A stretch of DNA of 64,000 nt from Anolis carolinensis (lineage: Eukaryota). The position numbers and the translations under genes are program-made. The stretch spans positions 182,048,107 through 182,112,106 of the forward strand of contig NC_085844.1 in assembly GCF_035594765.1 (NCBI RefSeq). The letters are read 5' to 3'. Below, in pieces: positions 11,299-23,149 of the stretch. The notes beneath the pieces are model-generated. The model ran no database searches, had not been told where the DNA came from, and saw only the letters and a list, made by a program, of their open reading frames with translations. Each line of letters begins with the position of its first letter. Position 1 is the first letter of the stretch.

Positions 11299-12060
11299 TG
11301 ATTTCTTTATGATAGAAATATAGAATTGTTTTCATTGGTGGCCTCCTGCTTGCCCTGGTTTTCTGTCTGTTTGTCTCACTAAAGTCTGGTCTTCCAATGG
11401 AGTGACCTCTTGTCCTGACCTGATATGAATGGTGTCTGTTGTACTTCACAGGACAGGGTGTACAGATTTTAAATGTTCTTGCCTACAGGAGCTGATCCAT
11501 AATTAAGGCAAGATTACTTGAGCATCTAATTGAAGGCCAAATTTGCAAGACAAAGAACAATGCTGATGTAAACCATTTTTTCTCCTGTGCCCAGCCATAG
11601 GGTTAGGGCCAGTGAAACAGATACATTTCCATACAAGCCTTAGTGTAGGGCCTGGTTCATGACTATGTTATATAACGGCTTTAAAGTTTGCTTTAATATC
11701 CATCGTGGATTAACTGCCTCACTGACATGAAAAACACCAGGTACTGATGGGACAGGAAATATTGATGTACCTCAGTGATTTCAATACATTTTAATTAGTT
11801 ATTATCATCAGAAAACAGCTGATGGTATAATATTATCCTTATTGTGTTGCCTGGCACACAAGCCATGACATGACTGTACCCCTAGCCTGTGTATTTTGGT
11901 AGTAGCAATGAGAAGAAGGTGCATGTAGACTTCCTTTCTCAACCAGTATTTGGATACAGGAAGATGAAAATAGAATACAGTACCAGAAGCATGAATGACA
12001 GGGACCAAAGTGGTATCAGCCAATGGGTATAAAACTACTACCTTTCCATATCCATTATAA

Positions 12061-12240
12061 TAGGCATGGGCAAACTAAGGCCTGGGGCTGGATGAGGCCC
12101 CCGGGGCGCTTACCTCAGGCCCTTCTCATTTACTCTGTCCTCTTGGCATAAGGAGTGCTCTCAGCCACCACGTGTCTCACCCTCCTCCCGACAAAAGGAT
12201 GGTGTGAGCAGCCTCCTCCTTATACCAGGAGAAGAAGAGA
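12061..12240. mobile_element. hAT-type transposon left-end fragment
   Basis: Begins TAGGCATGGGCAAACT followed by GGCCC-rich subterminal motifs; truncated by the CR1. Confidence 0.5.
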
Positions 12241-12242
12241 AG

Positions 12243-13591
12243 ACCCAACAGACTGGAAAAGGGCAAATGTTGTCCTTATCTTCAAGAAGGGGGAAAACAG
12301 GACCCAAATAAATACCATCCAGTCAAGCTGACATTAAACCCAGGAAAGATTCTGGAGCAGATCGTTAAGGAGGCAGTCTGCAATCACTTAGAAAAGAATG
12401 CTGTGATTACTAAAAGTCAACATGGATTTCTCAAAAACAAGTAATGCCAGACTAATCTTATCTCTTTTTTCAATAGAATTACAAACTTGGTAGATGCAGG
12501 GAATGCTGTGGATGTAGCATATGTTGTTTTCAGTAAAGCCTTCAACAAGGTCCCCCATAACCTTCTTGCAAACAAACTATTCAAATGTGGGCAAGACAAT
12601 GCTACTATTAAGTAGATCTGTAATCGGATAAGCAACCAAACCCAAAAAATGCTCGCCAAATGTTCATCCTGGAAAGAAGTGACTAGTGGAGTGCTGCAGG
12701 GTTTAGTCCTGGACCCAGTACTGTTCAACATCTATATTAATGACTTAGATGAATGTTTAGAGGGCATTCTTATCAAGTTTGCTGATGACACCAAGTTAGG
12801 AGGGATAGCTAATTCTCCAGAGGAAAGATTCAGAATGCAAAATGACCTTAACATATTAGAGAGCTGTACCAAAACTAACAAAATGAATTTCAGCAAGGAC
12901 AAATGTAAGAAACTACACTTAGGCAGAAAAAATTAAATGTAAAGATACAGAGTGGGTTACACCTGGTTTGACAACAGTCCATGTGGGAAAGTTCTTGGAG
13001 TGTTTGTGGACAAAAAGTTGAGCATGAGCCAACAGTGTGATGCAGCAGCTAAAAAAGGTAATGAGATTTGGGGTTGCATCAAAAGGGGTATAGAGTCTAG
13101 ATCGAGGGAAGTCATGGTGACACACTATTCTGCTTTGGTTAGACCTTATCTGGAATAGTGTGTCCAGTTCTGGGCACCACAGTTTAAAAGAGATATTGAC
13201 AGGCTGGAAGGTGTCCAGAGGAGGGTCACTAAAATTATCAAAGGTCTGGAGACCATGACATACAAAGAGCATTTTAAGAAGCTGGATATGTTTAGCCTGC
13301 AGAAGAGAAGGTTGAGAAGATACATGATAGCCATGTATAAATATGTGAAAGGGTGTCATATGGAAGAGGGAGCAGATGGAAGGTGGCCCTGGTCAGGGTT
13401 GGCTTGACACAACTACCTCTTGACACATTTCTCCCTTTTGCCCTCCATTCATGCCTCTTCGATTTCCACAGCTCTGTTGATAACAGCTGTCAGGGTTAAT
13501 TTGATTATGCTTTTCCTGCATGGTGGGGCGTTGGACTAGATGGCCCATGTAGTCTCTTTCAGATGTATTATTCTATGATTCTATGATTCTA
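12243..13591 (+). mobile_element. CR1 LINE, 5'-truncated and degenerate (ORF2 RT region plus 3' UTR)
   Basis: DWKRANVV, VTSGVLQGLVLDPVLFNIYINDLD, KFADDTKLGG, MSQQCDAAAKK and YSALVRPYLE motifs with stops and frameshifts; terminal (ATTCTATG)n tail at 13570-13591. Confidence 0.92.
13376..13492 (-). mobile_element. RTE-clade LINE fragment embedded in CR1
   Basis: The reverse complement reads as the RTE ORF C-terminal region (AVINRAVEIEEA*MEGKREKCVKR), unrelated to CR1 and opposite in orientation. Confidence 0.55.
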
Positions 13592-16500
13592 ACACCAAGA
13601 ACACTTTGACTCAGCTTCTTACAAACCCCTAAATGGTTCTAGAAATAATACTTTTTGAAAAGAGAATAATTTGAACGTTTTAAAACAAGCTTTTGTGTTT
13701 CAGAAGCATTCTGTTCTGTTGTTACCACAAGCTTATAGAGCAAGAGTAATATTAAACTACAGTGTCCATCAGTTTTAGTGAGCACAACTCCCTGTGAAGG
13801 ATGTTGGTTTGCAATTCAACAGAATCTGGAGGGTTGTATGATTCCCAACCCTATTACAGAAGGAGCAATATCTAAGATAAGTGGCTCACTTAAAGGTAGG
13901 AGCACTGTTGAAGTGTTTACACTAGTTCACAGGAAAATGTAAGTCAGATCAGTATTATTGATTGAATAGGAGTGAGCTGCAAAAGGTCATGAGGAAAGAT
14001 ATAGCTCCTTTGCAGACGTTCCTAAATGCAGGTGTGTTTCCTTTGCCTGTAGCCATCCTTGACACATTAAAACTATCAGTCATAGGAATATAGAAATGAG
14101 CACAATGCAGAAACAGCTGTTTCCCCATAGTTCTTCATTTTGTCTTCCTTCTTTGTGGGCACCAGGCAGTGCTGAAGCAAAGGAGCAGCAGTCATTAGCT
14201 ATGTATTGCAAACAGTTGGAGAACATACCTCTCGAGGGAATGGATAGATAACTGGAAGGCAGGGCTTCATATGGTGCTGATTGGTTCACAAATGTGAATG
14301 GCTGAGGGGTAAGCAGAAGCACACTTGGCACAGAACTAGTTGCAAGTTAATTAAAATATATTTTCCCTTTCCTGATATATGTCCTGCCATGTTTCTTTTC
14401 TCTTCCCCACCCCTTCCTTGAAGTGAAAGGATAAGAGATAGGACTGAGGAAAGGATTATCGGGGAGGTGGATGTCTCCAGTATCTATGGGGGTGTGAACC
14501 CATTTTGGATTTTGCTCTAAGATGTGGAATTTGTTTTGTAGGGAAGGTTCAGCACCATGATAGCTTCTTTAATGATCAGACTTAATCACACGGGGGGCTT
14601 GCAGCACAGCTGTTTTATGGAGCTCCACACCACTTATCACATGACACATGGTCACATCTGTATAACAACTATGATGCAAACATCCTGTGACTCTGTACCC
14701 AGAACACAAGAGGCTTGTAGTGTTCTGTAGGAAACAATGGAGGTCGGCTGGAGGAAAGCCATACAACAACACTTCCCCACATGTGATGAGGAAGTGCCGC
14801 AGGGGGCGAGGAGGGTGTGGGGTGCTCAGATTGCCCTACTACCCTGCCAATTCACCACAGACGCTGGCGAATCACCCCACTGCCAAGGATCAATGTGATG
14901 AGGTCACAAAACCCAGAGCCTTGCTCTCTAGTCACCGAATTCTTTCCCATTCCCAACTAGCATCCACCTTGTGCTGGCATGAAAATGCCCACACCAGCAT
15001 CACAAAAGGGAGTGAGAGAGGGAAAGGAGGAACTATCTTCACTGCCCCCGTTGTCTTCATGCTCATGCACTTAAATGCACCCTCCTATCCTTCTTTTAAC
15101 CTCTATTATTTTGAGGCCAGTAAAAGTGATACCTCTCCATAGCTGGATCTTACTGCACATGAGTGATGCCAAATTTCAATCAATTGTATTCTTCTCAGAA
15201 ATATAGGAATTCTAGATAGGGAGAAATAAAAACTTCATTTGCTTTGAAGTCACATGGTTCATTGCCTCACTAACATGAGAGGCACCGTGTCACTACTGGT
15301 CACTAAAGATGGACAACTTCCCCACTACTCCAACAATAGTAGCCAATTGAGCCTGACACTCACTTATTTTGACTGGAGATACAGTTCTGAATGAAAATTT
15401 AGTTCATCTTTTTTGGATCAAGTTTCCCCTGTGCCAGAGAGAGATGACACAAGAAAACCTGCAAGCTGTTTCTGAGAAAGTGGGTACTCTCATAGTTTCT
15501 TGAGCTGGGTCATAAGCCTATAAAGCTTTCAAGAAAAAACAAAAAGTTCAATTTGTCATTGCTCGTATTTCCTGGGTCATGAAACAGAATGTGTGACGCA
15601 GCAGGCCTGCAGCAATAGCTGGAAATCTGAAATGATCCCAACTCATGTTTAAACACACACACAGAGGGAAAAAGTAGAGTTATAGAGTAGTAAATGACAT
15701 TTCCATTAAATACAGGATACTCCCAAGTCAGGCAAGAATTTGCAAGGTTTGCAAATTGCTTGCTTTAAATAATGATGTCATTCTAGCAGGTTACAGCTGT
15801 TTCTGTTGCAAATGACATATTGCTAAGTGTATAAGGGGATAAACTGCCCAGTTTCCATGTGTATGTGGGCAAGGTGACAGAATAAATTCTTCAAAAAGGA
15901 GCTGATTGCTCACTGATTGAAGGCATCTTTCTGGGGAGATTCCTTCTGTATACCTCACCTATAAATAAGATAACTCCTCAAAAACAGGCAATGAAAGGCA
16001 ATGTTGTGATACTAAGAGCTCTAGTGGCAATGAGAAACATTTCACACTTTTAAGCACTGGTGCAATTTATCTGAATTGAATATAAATCCTGCTTTTAAAA
16101 GATTACAGTTCCTGTGTGCTGGAGGAAACTGGGCTTGATTTTAGCTGAAATATTACATTAGCTTCATATTGCTGTATTTCCACAGGAAGTGTTAATAGAG
16201 AGAACTGTATTATTGATATAAATCCTTATTGTATATCAATGAAGATTAAAAAGATAGTCTGAACTGACTGGCTAAAAAATAATTTCATTTAGGATAGGAT
16301 CAATTGTCCATTGAGATGGGAAAATCAAATATATAATCCTATTACTAGTAACTCAATTTCCCTTGAAATGAAACCTAATATAAATGTTTAATAAAAGAGA
16401 CAAAATGCTATACTTTACTCTGGATCAAAAATGTGAAAAAATGCTATTATGGCATCATGTTTCAATAGTGTTTGAGTTTTCTCTGAAATAGGTGTCACCT

Positions 16501-16925
16501 CTTGGTTAAATTGCAGGAATTGGATATAAATATAAAAAACGATTCAAGATGTTGCATGCTACATTTTATCTTAAAATCCTCTGAAATTCAAGCTATTAAA
16601 GTGTTCAGGGTCTATAAAGAAACCAAATGAGAAATCCAATGTAATTATACTATAAGAAGGGAAGGAGCAAGTGCTGGGATAATTCCAAAATCCCAACAAA
16701 AGACTGATAGTTAAGTTGGTGGAAAGTTATGAAGGTAATAAAATTAATTTATATTCTATATAAAATTGCAACAAAAGATAAAACACAGGTTTTGGGTGAG
16801 ATCTGCATTATTATAGAGTGGTATAATTTACCAATTATATGGAAAAACTTATCAACTGTGCATTGGGATTTGAATATGTCACCTTTCTGCATTATGCTGC
16901 ATTTACAAGGAAGTCCCAATTCCAA

Positions 16926-17265
16926 TGGGCCCCCAGTGGTGCAGTGGGTTAAACCACTGAGCTGCTGAGCTGCTGAGCTGATGAACTTGCTGACTGAAAG
17001 GTCAGTGGTTCGAATCCGGGGAGTAAGTGCTCACTGTTTGCCCCAGCTTCTGCCAACCTAACAGCTCAAAAACATGCAAATGTGAGTAAATCAATAGGTA
17101 CTGCTCTGGCGGGAAGGTAACAGCACTCCATGCAGTCATGCCAGCCACATGACCTTGGAGGTTTCTATGGACAATGGCAGCTCTTTGGCTTAGAAATGGA
17201 GATAAGCACTAACCCCCAGAGTTGGACACGCCTAGACTTAACGTTAGGGGAAAACTTTACCCTTT
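16926..17265 (+). mobile_element. Sauria-type SINE, full length
   Basis: A box GGTGCAGTGGGTTAA, B box GGTTCGAATCC, Sauria body and tail; 12-bp TSD TCCCAATTCCAA (16914-16925, 17266-17277). Confidence 0.92.
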
Positions 17266-17312
17266 TCCCAATTCCAAGAGAATGTGTTCTTTTTTCTAGA
17301 TGTACAGTCTCA

Positions 17313-17526
17313 GCTAACATGGTGCTGTAGTTTGAATACTGGACTAAGGCTCTGAGAGAAAGGGGTTCAAGTCCCTTTCAGTCATGAAACCCTCTGGAGG
17401 ACCTTGGGTAAGTCACACAGTTTCATTTTCCAGGAAGAAACTAGCAGATGCACTCAGAAAAATCTTACCAAGAAAACCCTGTGACAGAGCTGCCAGTCAG
17501 AATCAAGCCAAAGGTGTGTTACAACA
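17313..17526 (+). mobile_element. Older tRNA-derived SINE
   Basis: CATGGTGCTGTAGTTTGA...GGGTTCAAGTCCC head, GACCTTGGGTAAGTCAC core, CCAAGAAAACCC...ACAACA tail; relatives at 22507 (-) and about 27510. Confidence 0.6.
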
Positions 17527-18284
17527 ATATTTAAATACATAGTTATTCAAATTTCCAATAGCTGAGTGTTCCAGTAAATTGGAGCTCTTTTGGCAAACAT
17601 ATTGTAACCTATTGCTGTTTAGATAACTTGACTCTTTGGGAAATTATGTTAGTCAGATGGCATAAAGATGAAGAAATGTTGTCCAAATTCATGTGGGTTA
17701 CACTAGTTTGAAGAAGGATTAAATAGAAAGGTACTTGGAATATGTATTAAAGAAATCAAAGGAACAGAATTGTGTTCTGTCATCAGGACCGAGCTGCAAG
17801 TCATATTGTGCATCTGGTTCAGCAATTATTCTCATTGAAAGAGCCCTGAACCTTCACTAAAGAACAGCCTTAAAATTGAAAATTTGCTGCTGTCCACAGA
17901 ACAGAAAATTCAGAATTACATGTTGCATTTTGATTATTTTTCCTTGAGTATGTGACCAGTTGACTGACCTACACTGCATTCCCTTCCACTAAAATAATTC
18001 CAGTGAACATATTTCCTTTAGAAAGTGCACTGTCGACGAGTAAGCTAGCAAAGTACATAGCTCAAATTAGATTACCTTTCTGCTTTCTTTAAACAATGCC
18101 AGAAGCAGGAAGAACAGATGAACAAAAGAGGTGTTGAAAAAAGCCGCATGTCCAATAGTTCTGCCAGGCTTTTGCCACAAATTAATAGGGAACACAAGGA
18201 AAGAGATGCCTTTGATGAAGTTAGTACTGCCAATAAATGTTTCTATGTATGTATGCATACAGGTATATTTCATAATTTTAATGC

Positions 18285-18558
18285 AGACCTTCTTCTGCCA
18301 GCAGGCATTTGGAGAAGGATAAGGGGCAGACTTTGGGGAAGTTGTGGGTGGGATTGCATGGGAGGGGCACACTGTGAGTTTTAAAGGCTATTTTAAGTGT
18401 ATTCTTTATTATATTTTAATCTTTTTTACCACACTGTACTATTTAATTGTTTTTAACTTTTGTATTGCACTTCTTAAACTTGACTAAACTGTGGGATTGT
18501 TAGCCGCCTTGAGTATCCACAGGAAGAAATGTGGGGTATAAATTAAGATGAGAATAAT
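18285..18558 (+). mobile_element. L2 LINE 3' end
   Basis: CAGCAGGCATTTGG, T-rich 3' UTR, then TGTTAGCCGCCTTGAGT...GGGGTATAAAT terminus; the solo LTR sits in its tail. Confidence 0.6.
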
Positions 18559-18900
18559 TGTTACGAGTCAGACGCCAGCCAATATAAATAACTCAGTTTA
18601 TTGCAAAAAACAACACAAAAGAGCCTAAGAAGCAACCAAAAAAGGGCTCAAAACACTTTCTCTTCAGTGTGAAGTAACAATGTCCAAAAAGAACTTGAAA
18701 AACCCATACTCAGGATATAATCTGGATTATCCTGGGAAATAATCCAGATTAAAACAAACTTAGTTGAAAAGGCTGGGAACTCGCTCCACCTGCTGGTTGG
18801 AGCTAAACAAACACAGGAAAGCTACCACCAATTACCCACAGTGACCAACGGCCACACAATGCCCCAAAACGTAGTTAAAGCTAAATCGCATTGTAAAGGA

Positions 18901-19050
18901 GAAGTCACAGCCGCCACATCCGGTCCGCGGCATTAGGAAGAAGTCACAGGCATCGAGTTCCAGTCCAAGTCATCAGGGAGAAGTCACGGTCATCAAGTTC
19001 CAGTCCAAGTCATCAGGGAGAAGTCACAGTCACCAAATTCCAGTCCAAGG
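18901..19050. repeat. 40-bp tandem repeat inside LTR
   Basis: GAAGTCAC recurs at 18901, 18940, 18980 and 19020; unit GAAGTCACGGTCATCAAGTTCCAGTCCAAGTCATCAGGGA. Confidence 0.85.
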
Positions 19051-19285
19051 TAAACACAAAGAGCCAAAGCGACGGAGGCAAGCCGGCAGCTAATGCATAA
19101 AACCAACACAGGACAATCCAGCACAAACCCACACAATGCCAGCCCCCATTGCCACTAAAAACCCAGGTTAACACTTACGTCCCAAAGCAGTCTTCCAAAC
19201 ACGTCTTCTGAAACAGAGATCCAGAAAGCGCCCAACAAACACCTTGCCTATTGCAAGGCCACATTAGCAACAAACTTACTTTTAT

Positions 19286-19759
19286 TTACAAGTCCTCCTC
19301 AGAACTTGAGCCAGCTAACGCCCCATCCACAGATGAACCTTGGTGCTGCAAATCCTCCTCAGAGCTGGAGCCGCCCAACGCCCCATCTCCAGCTGCTGCC
19401 CCTCTACAATCTCTCCAGCCAGTCCACCTTCTATCCAAACCCATAACGCCCCAGGATCCATCTGTATCTTCTCTGTGCCATCCCTCAAATGTACCACTGC
19501 TTGTGGGTTCCTCAAGAATCTCACGGATCTCCTGAACCTTAGTCCACTCCATCACTTCACTTCCAGAGTCTGACATCCCATCCTCCTGACTCCCAGCCCC
19601 ATAATCCCCTTCAAAGCCCTCAAAGGTATCATAATCAGTGGGCTCCATAAGTATTTCCCGGATTCTCTTCCTTTGTTGCTCCTCATTGGAGTCTTGCTCA
19701 CGAGTAGTTTTCCTGCCTCTTCTAATACAACTAGTAGGATCTCTACTTGAAGACTCCAT
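19286..19759 (-). CDS. LTR U3-encoded 157-aa acidic ORF with tandem FxG(F/W) motifs (putative; may be the C-terminal tail of the parent pol)
   Basis: ATG at the fifth base of the LTR (TGTG-ATG); uninterrupted frame MESSSRDPTSCIRRGRK...RIREILMEPTDYDTFEGF...EIREILEEPTSSGTFEGW...SSSEEDL that stops at the TATA-like box. Confidence 0.5.
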   Translation of the reverse strand: MESSSRDPTSCIRRGRKTTREQDSNEEQQRKRIREILMEPTDYDTFEGFEGDYGAGSQEDGMSDSGSEVMEWTKVQEIREILEEPTSSGTFEGWHREDTDGSWGVMGLDRRWTGWRDCRGAAAGDGALGGSSSEEDLQHQGSSVDGALAGSSSEEDL

Positions 19760-19760
19760 C

Positions 19761-19800
<40 letters not shown>
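19761..19800. repeat. (AAC)n microsatellite
   Basis: About 13 AAC units seen directly. Confidence 0.95.
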
Positions 19801-19801
<1 letters not shown>

Positions 19802-20214
19802 AGCTTGAAAGGCAGAAAATGGATGAAGTACGCAGTGATAAATGTTTGAGATATCAACATATGCCAAGAAGTGTTTCTTCTTGGTGGTTTCACTATAATA
19901 CAAACTTGAGAAAAGTTTCAACAAAAAATATGTTTAAATTCTAATTGACTTTCTTAAATACAAGGCAGATTTCCCTTTTTGTCAGATATTAGGCAAGCTA
20001 ATATGAAAGTTCCAACAGAGTATGTCTATTTGGAAGAAAAACTGCAATTGTTCATTCACAGTACTGTCACAGCTAGTATCCAAAAACTGATGCTCACCAT
20101 TATGAGATTACACTTACTGTATGTTTCTGCAGTTCAGGTGGCATCCAGGACTAGATAAACTAGTTAAAGAATAGCATTTTCCAAGCAACAATATATATTT
20201 CTTGCTGACTTACA

Positions 20215-20560
20215 GCAGACTTACGAATGAGAGACTTCTAACAGCCCCTATCTTGCAAATTCAGGATTGTGGCTTCCTTGATTGAACCAATCCACTTGTA
20301 ATGCTGCCTTCTTTTTCAACTGCCTTTCAGTTTGTCCAGCATTGCCATCCTTTCCAGTAAGTCACAACACCTCTTGATATGTCAAAGGGCATTAGCCTTC
20401 ATTGAGAATTTTGGATTTTTCAGCTTTGATTTGCTTTTTTAGCAATCCATTTGTTTTTTTTAGCAACCCAGCATCACATTTTAAAATATTTGATTTCCTT
20501 CTTGTCAGCTTTCTTCACTCTCCAGTGCTCATAACTATAAACATGTTACATTTAACAATG
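20215..20560 (-). mobile_element. Old RTE/BovB-like LINE remnant
   Basis: The reverse complement resembles the BovB-like 3' ORF end (LEXXXMLDKLKGS*KRRQHYKWIGSIKEA); heavily degenerate. Confidence 0.45.
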
Positions 20561-21835
20561 TTTCTGTCAAAGACTCTCTTTTAATGGAACCTTTTTATGC
20601 CTGCCCAGACCCTTTTGCTCATTCCCTGTCCATCTGTACTGAGAGGATGATGGAATGGATTGGAGAAACACAGCTAATCAGTGTCAGGTTGCAGCAGCAA
20701 ATCTGCGGCAAACAATGTAACAAAGCCTATGTGTGGAAAAATGCAGGTTTCTGTTCTAGCCAATCCTACTGTAGCTGGGTGCACCTTCAGAAAGGCTTAA
20801 TGAGTGCGCAATGAAATGCAAAACAGTGAGAAACTTGCTTTACGAAATCCTGCTGGTATGTTTTAAAAGAAGAATAAAGGCACATGGAAATCATAAGAAA
20901 AAATGACTTCAGAATAATTGATTTGGAAGGTAAAATCTTTTAATGTACTCCTTCTAGCTTCCTGATACATTGAATGGGCAATGTGCAGCCATGGGGCCAG
21001 GTGTAATCCCAAAAGTCTGGGTTTTTTTTGTTCAACATCCCCTCCAGATTCTCTGGACTCTGCTCTCCTGGCCAGAAAAGGGTGAACTGCCTCTTGTGAA
21101 CGCCTCTAGGAATGATGATACTCACCTTTTTAAAAGGTTATACTCCTCCCCTGCACTAACATTAGAAAACACAATTTTGTTTTTCAAAACCAACGTGGCC
21201 TTCTTGTAACAACTCTGATTTTACTTTCTTTTCACTTTTTGTAGTCTATGCAGCTCCCAGATGTTCCAGGCCAGAACAAAAACCTAGTAAATCTATTCTT
21301 AGTATTAATTTTTGCCATCAAAGGGTTTATACTACTTTCCTTTGTTGAAATTACATTTGTTCTGTTCAGATCCATAACAGTAACCAGATTAAAAAACAAA
21401 AATGAAAAGGGAAAATTTGCTTTCTGTTTCCAGTTTACTGTTTTAATTCTCCCCTTGTTGCTTCCATAGCAAAGCAAACATATTGGTTTGTTCTACTACG
21501 ACAGTCAATAATGATACCCAACAGGGCTGAAGAACTCCAGGATATTTCAGATTTCTCTCTGTGTTGTCTTGTTAGATTACCCTCAAATCATGCAGTAAAT
21601 ACTGAGCTTATGTGGGGTTATGAAATACCTTTAGCTTTAACAAGCTGAGCTAACCACAGTTCTATAACATGCTTAACAGAAACTAGCAATTCATCAGAAG
21701 GGTTTTTTTTAACCTATATAGAGAAAAGGACATAATGTATCACCATATTTCTTATAATTAACAAAGATTTGATCATCCTTATTGTTACTAGGATGAAAGC
21801 CAAAACTGTGAATGCTCTTTGTAGAGCCTCTAGAA

Positions 21836-21969
21836 CAGGCATGGGCAAACTTTGGCACCCCACGTGTTTTGGACTCCAACTCCCACAATTCCTAACAGCC
21901 ATTAGGCTGTTAGGAATTGTGGGGGTTGAAGTCCAAACCACCTGGTGGGCCAATGTTTGCCCATGCCTG
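21836..21969. mobile_element. Palindromic hAT MITE
   Basis: TIRs CAGGCATGGGCAAAC / GTTTGCCCATGCCTG, near-perfect hairpin, perfect 8-bp TSD CTCTAGAA (21828-35, 21970-77). Confidence 0.92.
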
Positions 21970-22090
21970 CTCTAGAATCAGGATGGGGGGGGGGGTCCTT
22001 TGGGGAGTTAAAAAGCAGTCCTTAACCTTTGACAGGTGCCCACCTCATTCCTTCTGGTAATATCTGGGGACCTCAGGTTAAGAACCACTG

Positions 22091-22440
22091 GGCTAAACAG
22101 TATAATTTCTCCAACGGAGTGGAGCATAGACATCCTATGGTAATGCAGCATGTCTTATTGAGAGCCACATCTACTGTTTTAACAAAGTGAGATGTATTCC
22201 ACATTGGACATGCATATTTTTCAGCAGAGTAGCAAAGCGCAAGGGCACTGTGTCGGGCTGTGATCCCCAGGTTGTTCCAGTCAGCTTTCATATGATATTA
22301 TTTCTAGCACCTTCTTTTTGCCTGATATTCAACCAGTGCTTCTTATAAGTCAGAGCATGGTGCAGAGTAACTCTCAGGTATTTTGGTGTGCTGCAATGCT
22401 CCAGTGGGACTCCTTCCCAGGTAATCCTCAGGACTTTGAG
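22091..22440 (-). mobile_element. Vingi LINE internal fragment
   Basis: LRITWEGVPLEHCSTPKYLRVTLHHALTYKKH and LALCYSAEKYACPMW...TCCITIGCLCSTPLEKLYCLA match the post-RT region of Ingi/Vingi ORFs and are homologous to 7390-7483. Confidence 0.75.
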
Positions 22441-22506
22441 ATTATATAAGATGAATTCTACCCTACACCTAAAGGCACCCATGTGCACACATATACTCAC
22501 ATGCCT

Positions 22507-22730
22507 TGTTGTTGTGTGCCTTCAAATCATTACCAACTTATGACTATAAAGTGAACCTAACCTAGGATTTCCTTTGTCAGACTTGTTCAGGTATGTGTGT
22601 GTGTGTGTGTGTGACTTTGCCTTCCTCTGAGGCTGAGAGAGTATGACTTGCCTAAGGTCACATACTGGTATTTCATTGGTTGAGTTGGAATGCAAAACCT
22701 AGCCCAGCACTCATACACTATGCCCCGTTG
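22507..22730 (-). mobile_element. Older tRNA-derived SINE
   Basis: Reverse complement of the family at 17313 (TGACTTGCCTAAGGTCAC core, TGTTGTTGTGTGCCTTCAA tail). Confidence 0.55.
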
Positions 22731-23149
22731 CTCCCACAGAGCCCCACTTTACTGGAGGATAATATTAAGGAATCAGCACAACAGATAGTGATATTGCCTG
22801 AAATCCTTGTCCCCAATGAATGAGATTTTTTTAAAAAAACAAAGAATTTTAAAGCGTAGGCATTTAAAAATTGGACACTTCTCCTGAAATTTAAATTTGT
22901 ATACTTTATTGTCTCAGGGATCAAGGCACACATTGGACTACATGCCTAGAGCTGAATGGGAGATGGGGAAGGATTGCGCTTCAGAAATAAACAGAACTGC
23001 TAACCTGCTGACCCTGTCAATTTCACCCTCTAGCCTTCTTGCTCAATTTCCTTCATGCAAAGCAAATGTAAATCCTCTCCTTGAACCTCTCTGCTTGTAT
23101 CTCGCTGCTGTCATTTCACTTCACTCTTCGCAGATTCAGAACTCTGAAA

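Larger units (their letters stand above)
18559..19763 (-). mobile_element. Solo LTR (probably Gypsy-type), 1205 bp
   Basis: TG...CA ends with imperfect terminal inverted repeat (TGTTACGAGTC / GACTCCATCACA). On the - strand: TATA-like TAAATAAAAG about 19280 and AATAAA about 18597-18602. TSD is obscured by flanking (AAT)/(AAC) repeats. Confidence 0.8.

Noticed and set aside
14687-15142. 151-aa ORF in a mildly GC-rich patch
   Set aside because: No recognisable domain, non-ATG start and no clear splice signals.
19760-19924. N-terminal extension with poly-Val 'TM segment' on the 212-aa ORF
   Set aside because: It derives from the (AAC)n microsatellite and flank outside the LTR and has a non-ATG start; only the part from ATG 19759 is considered.
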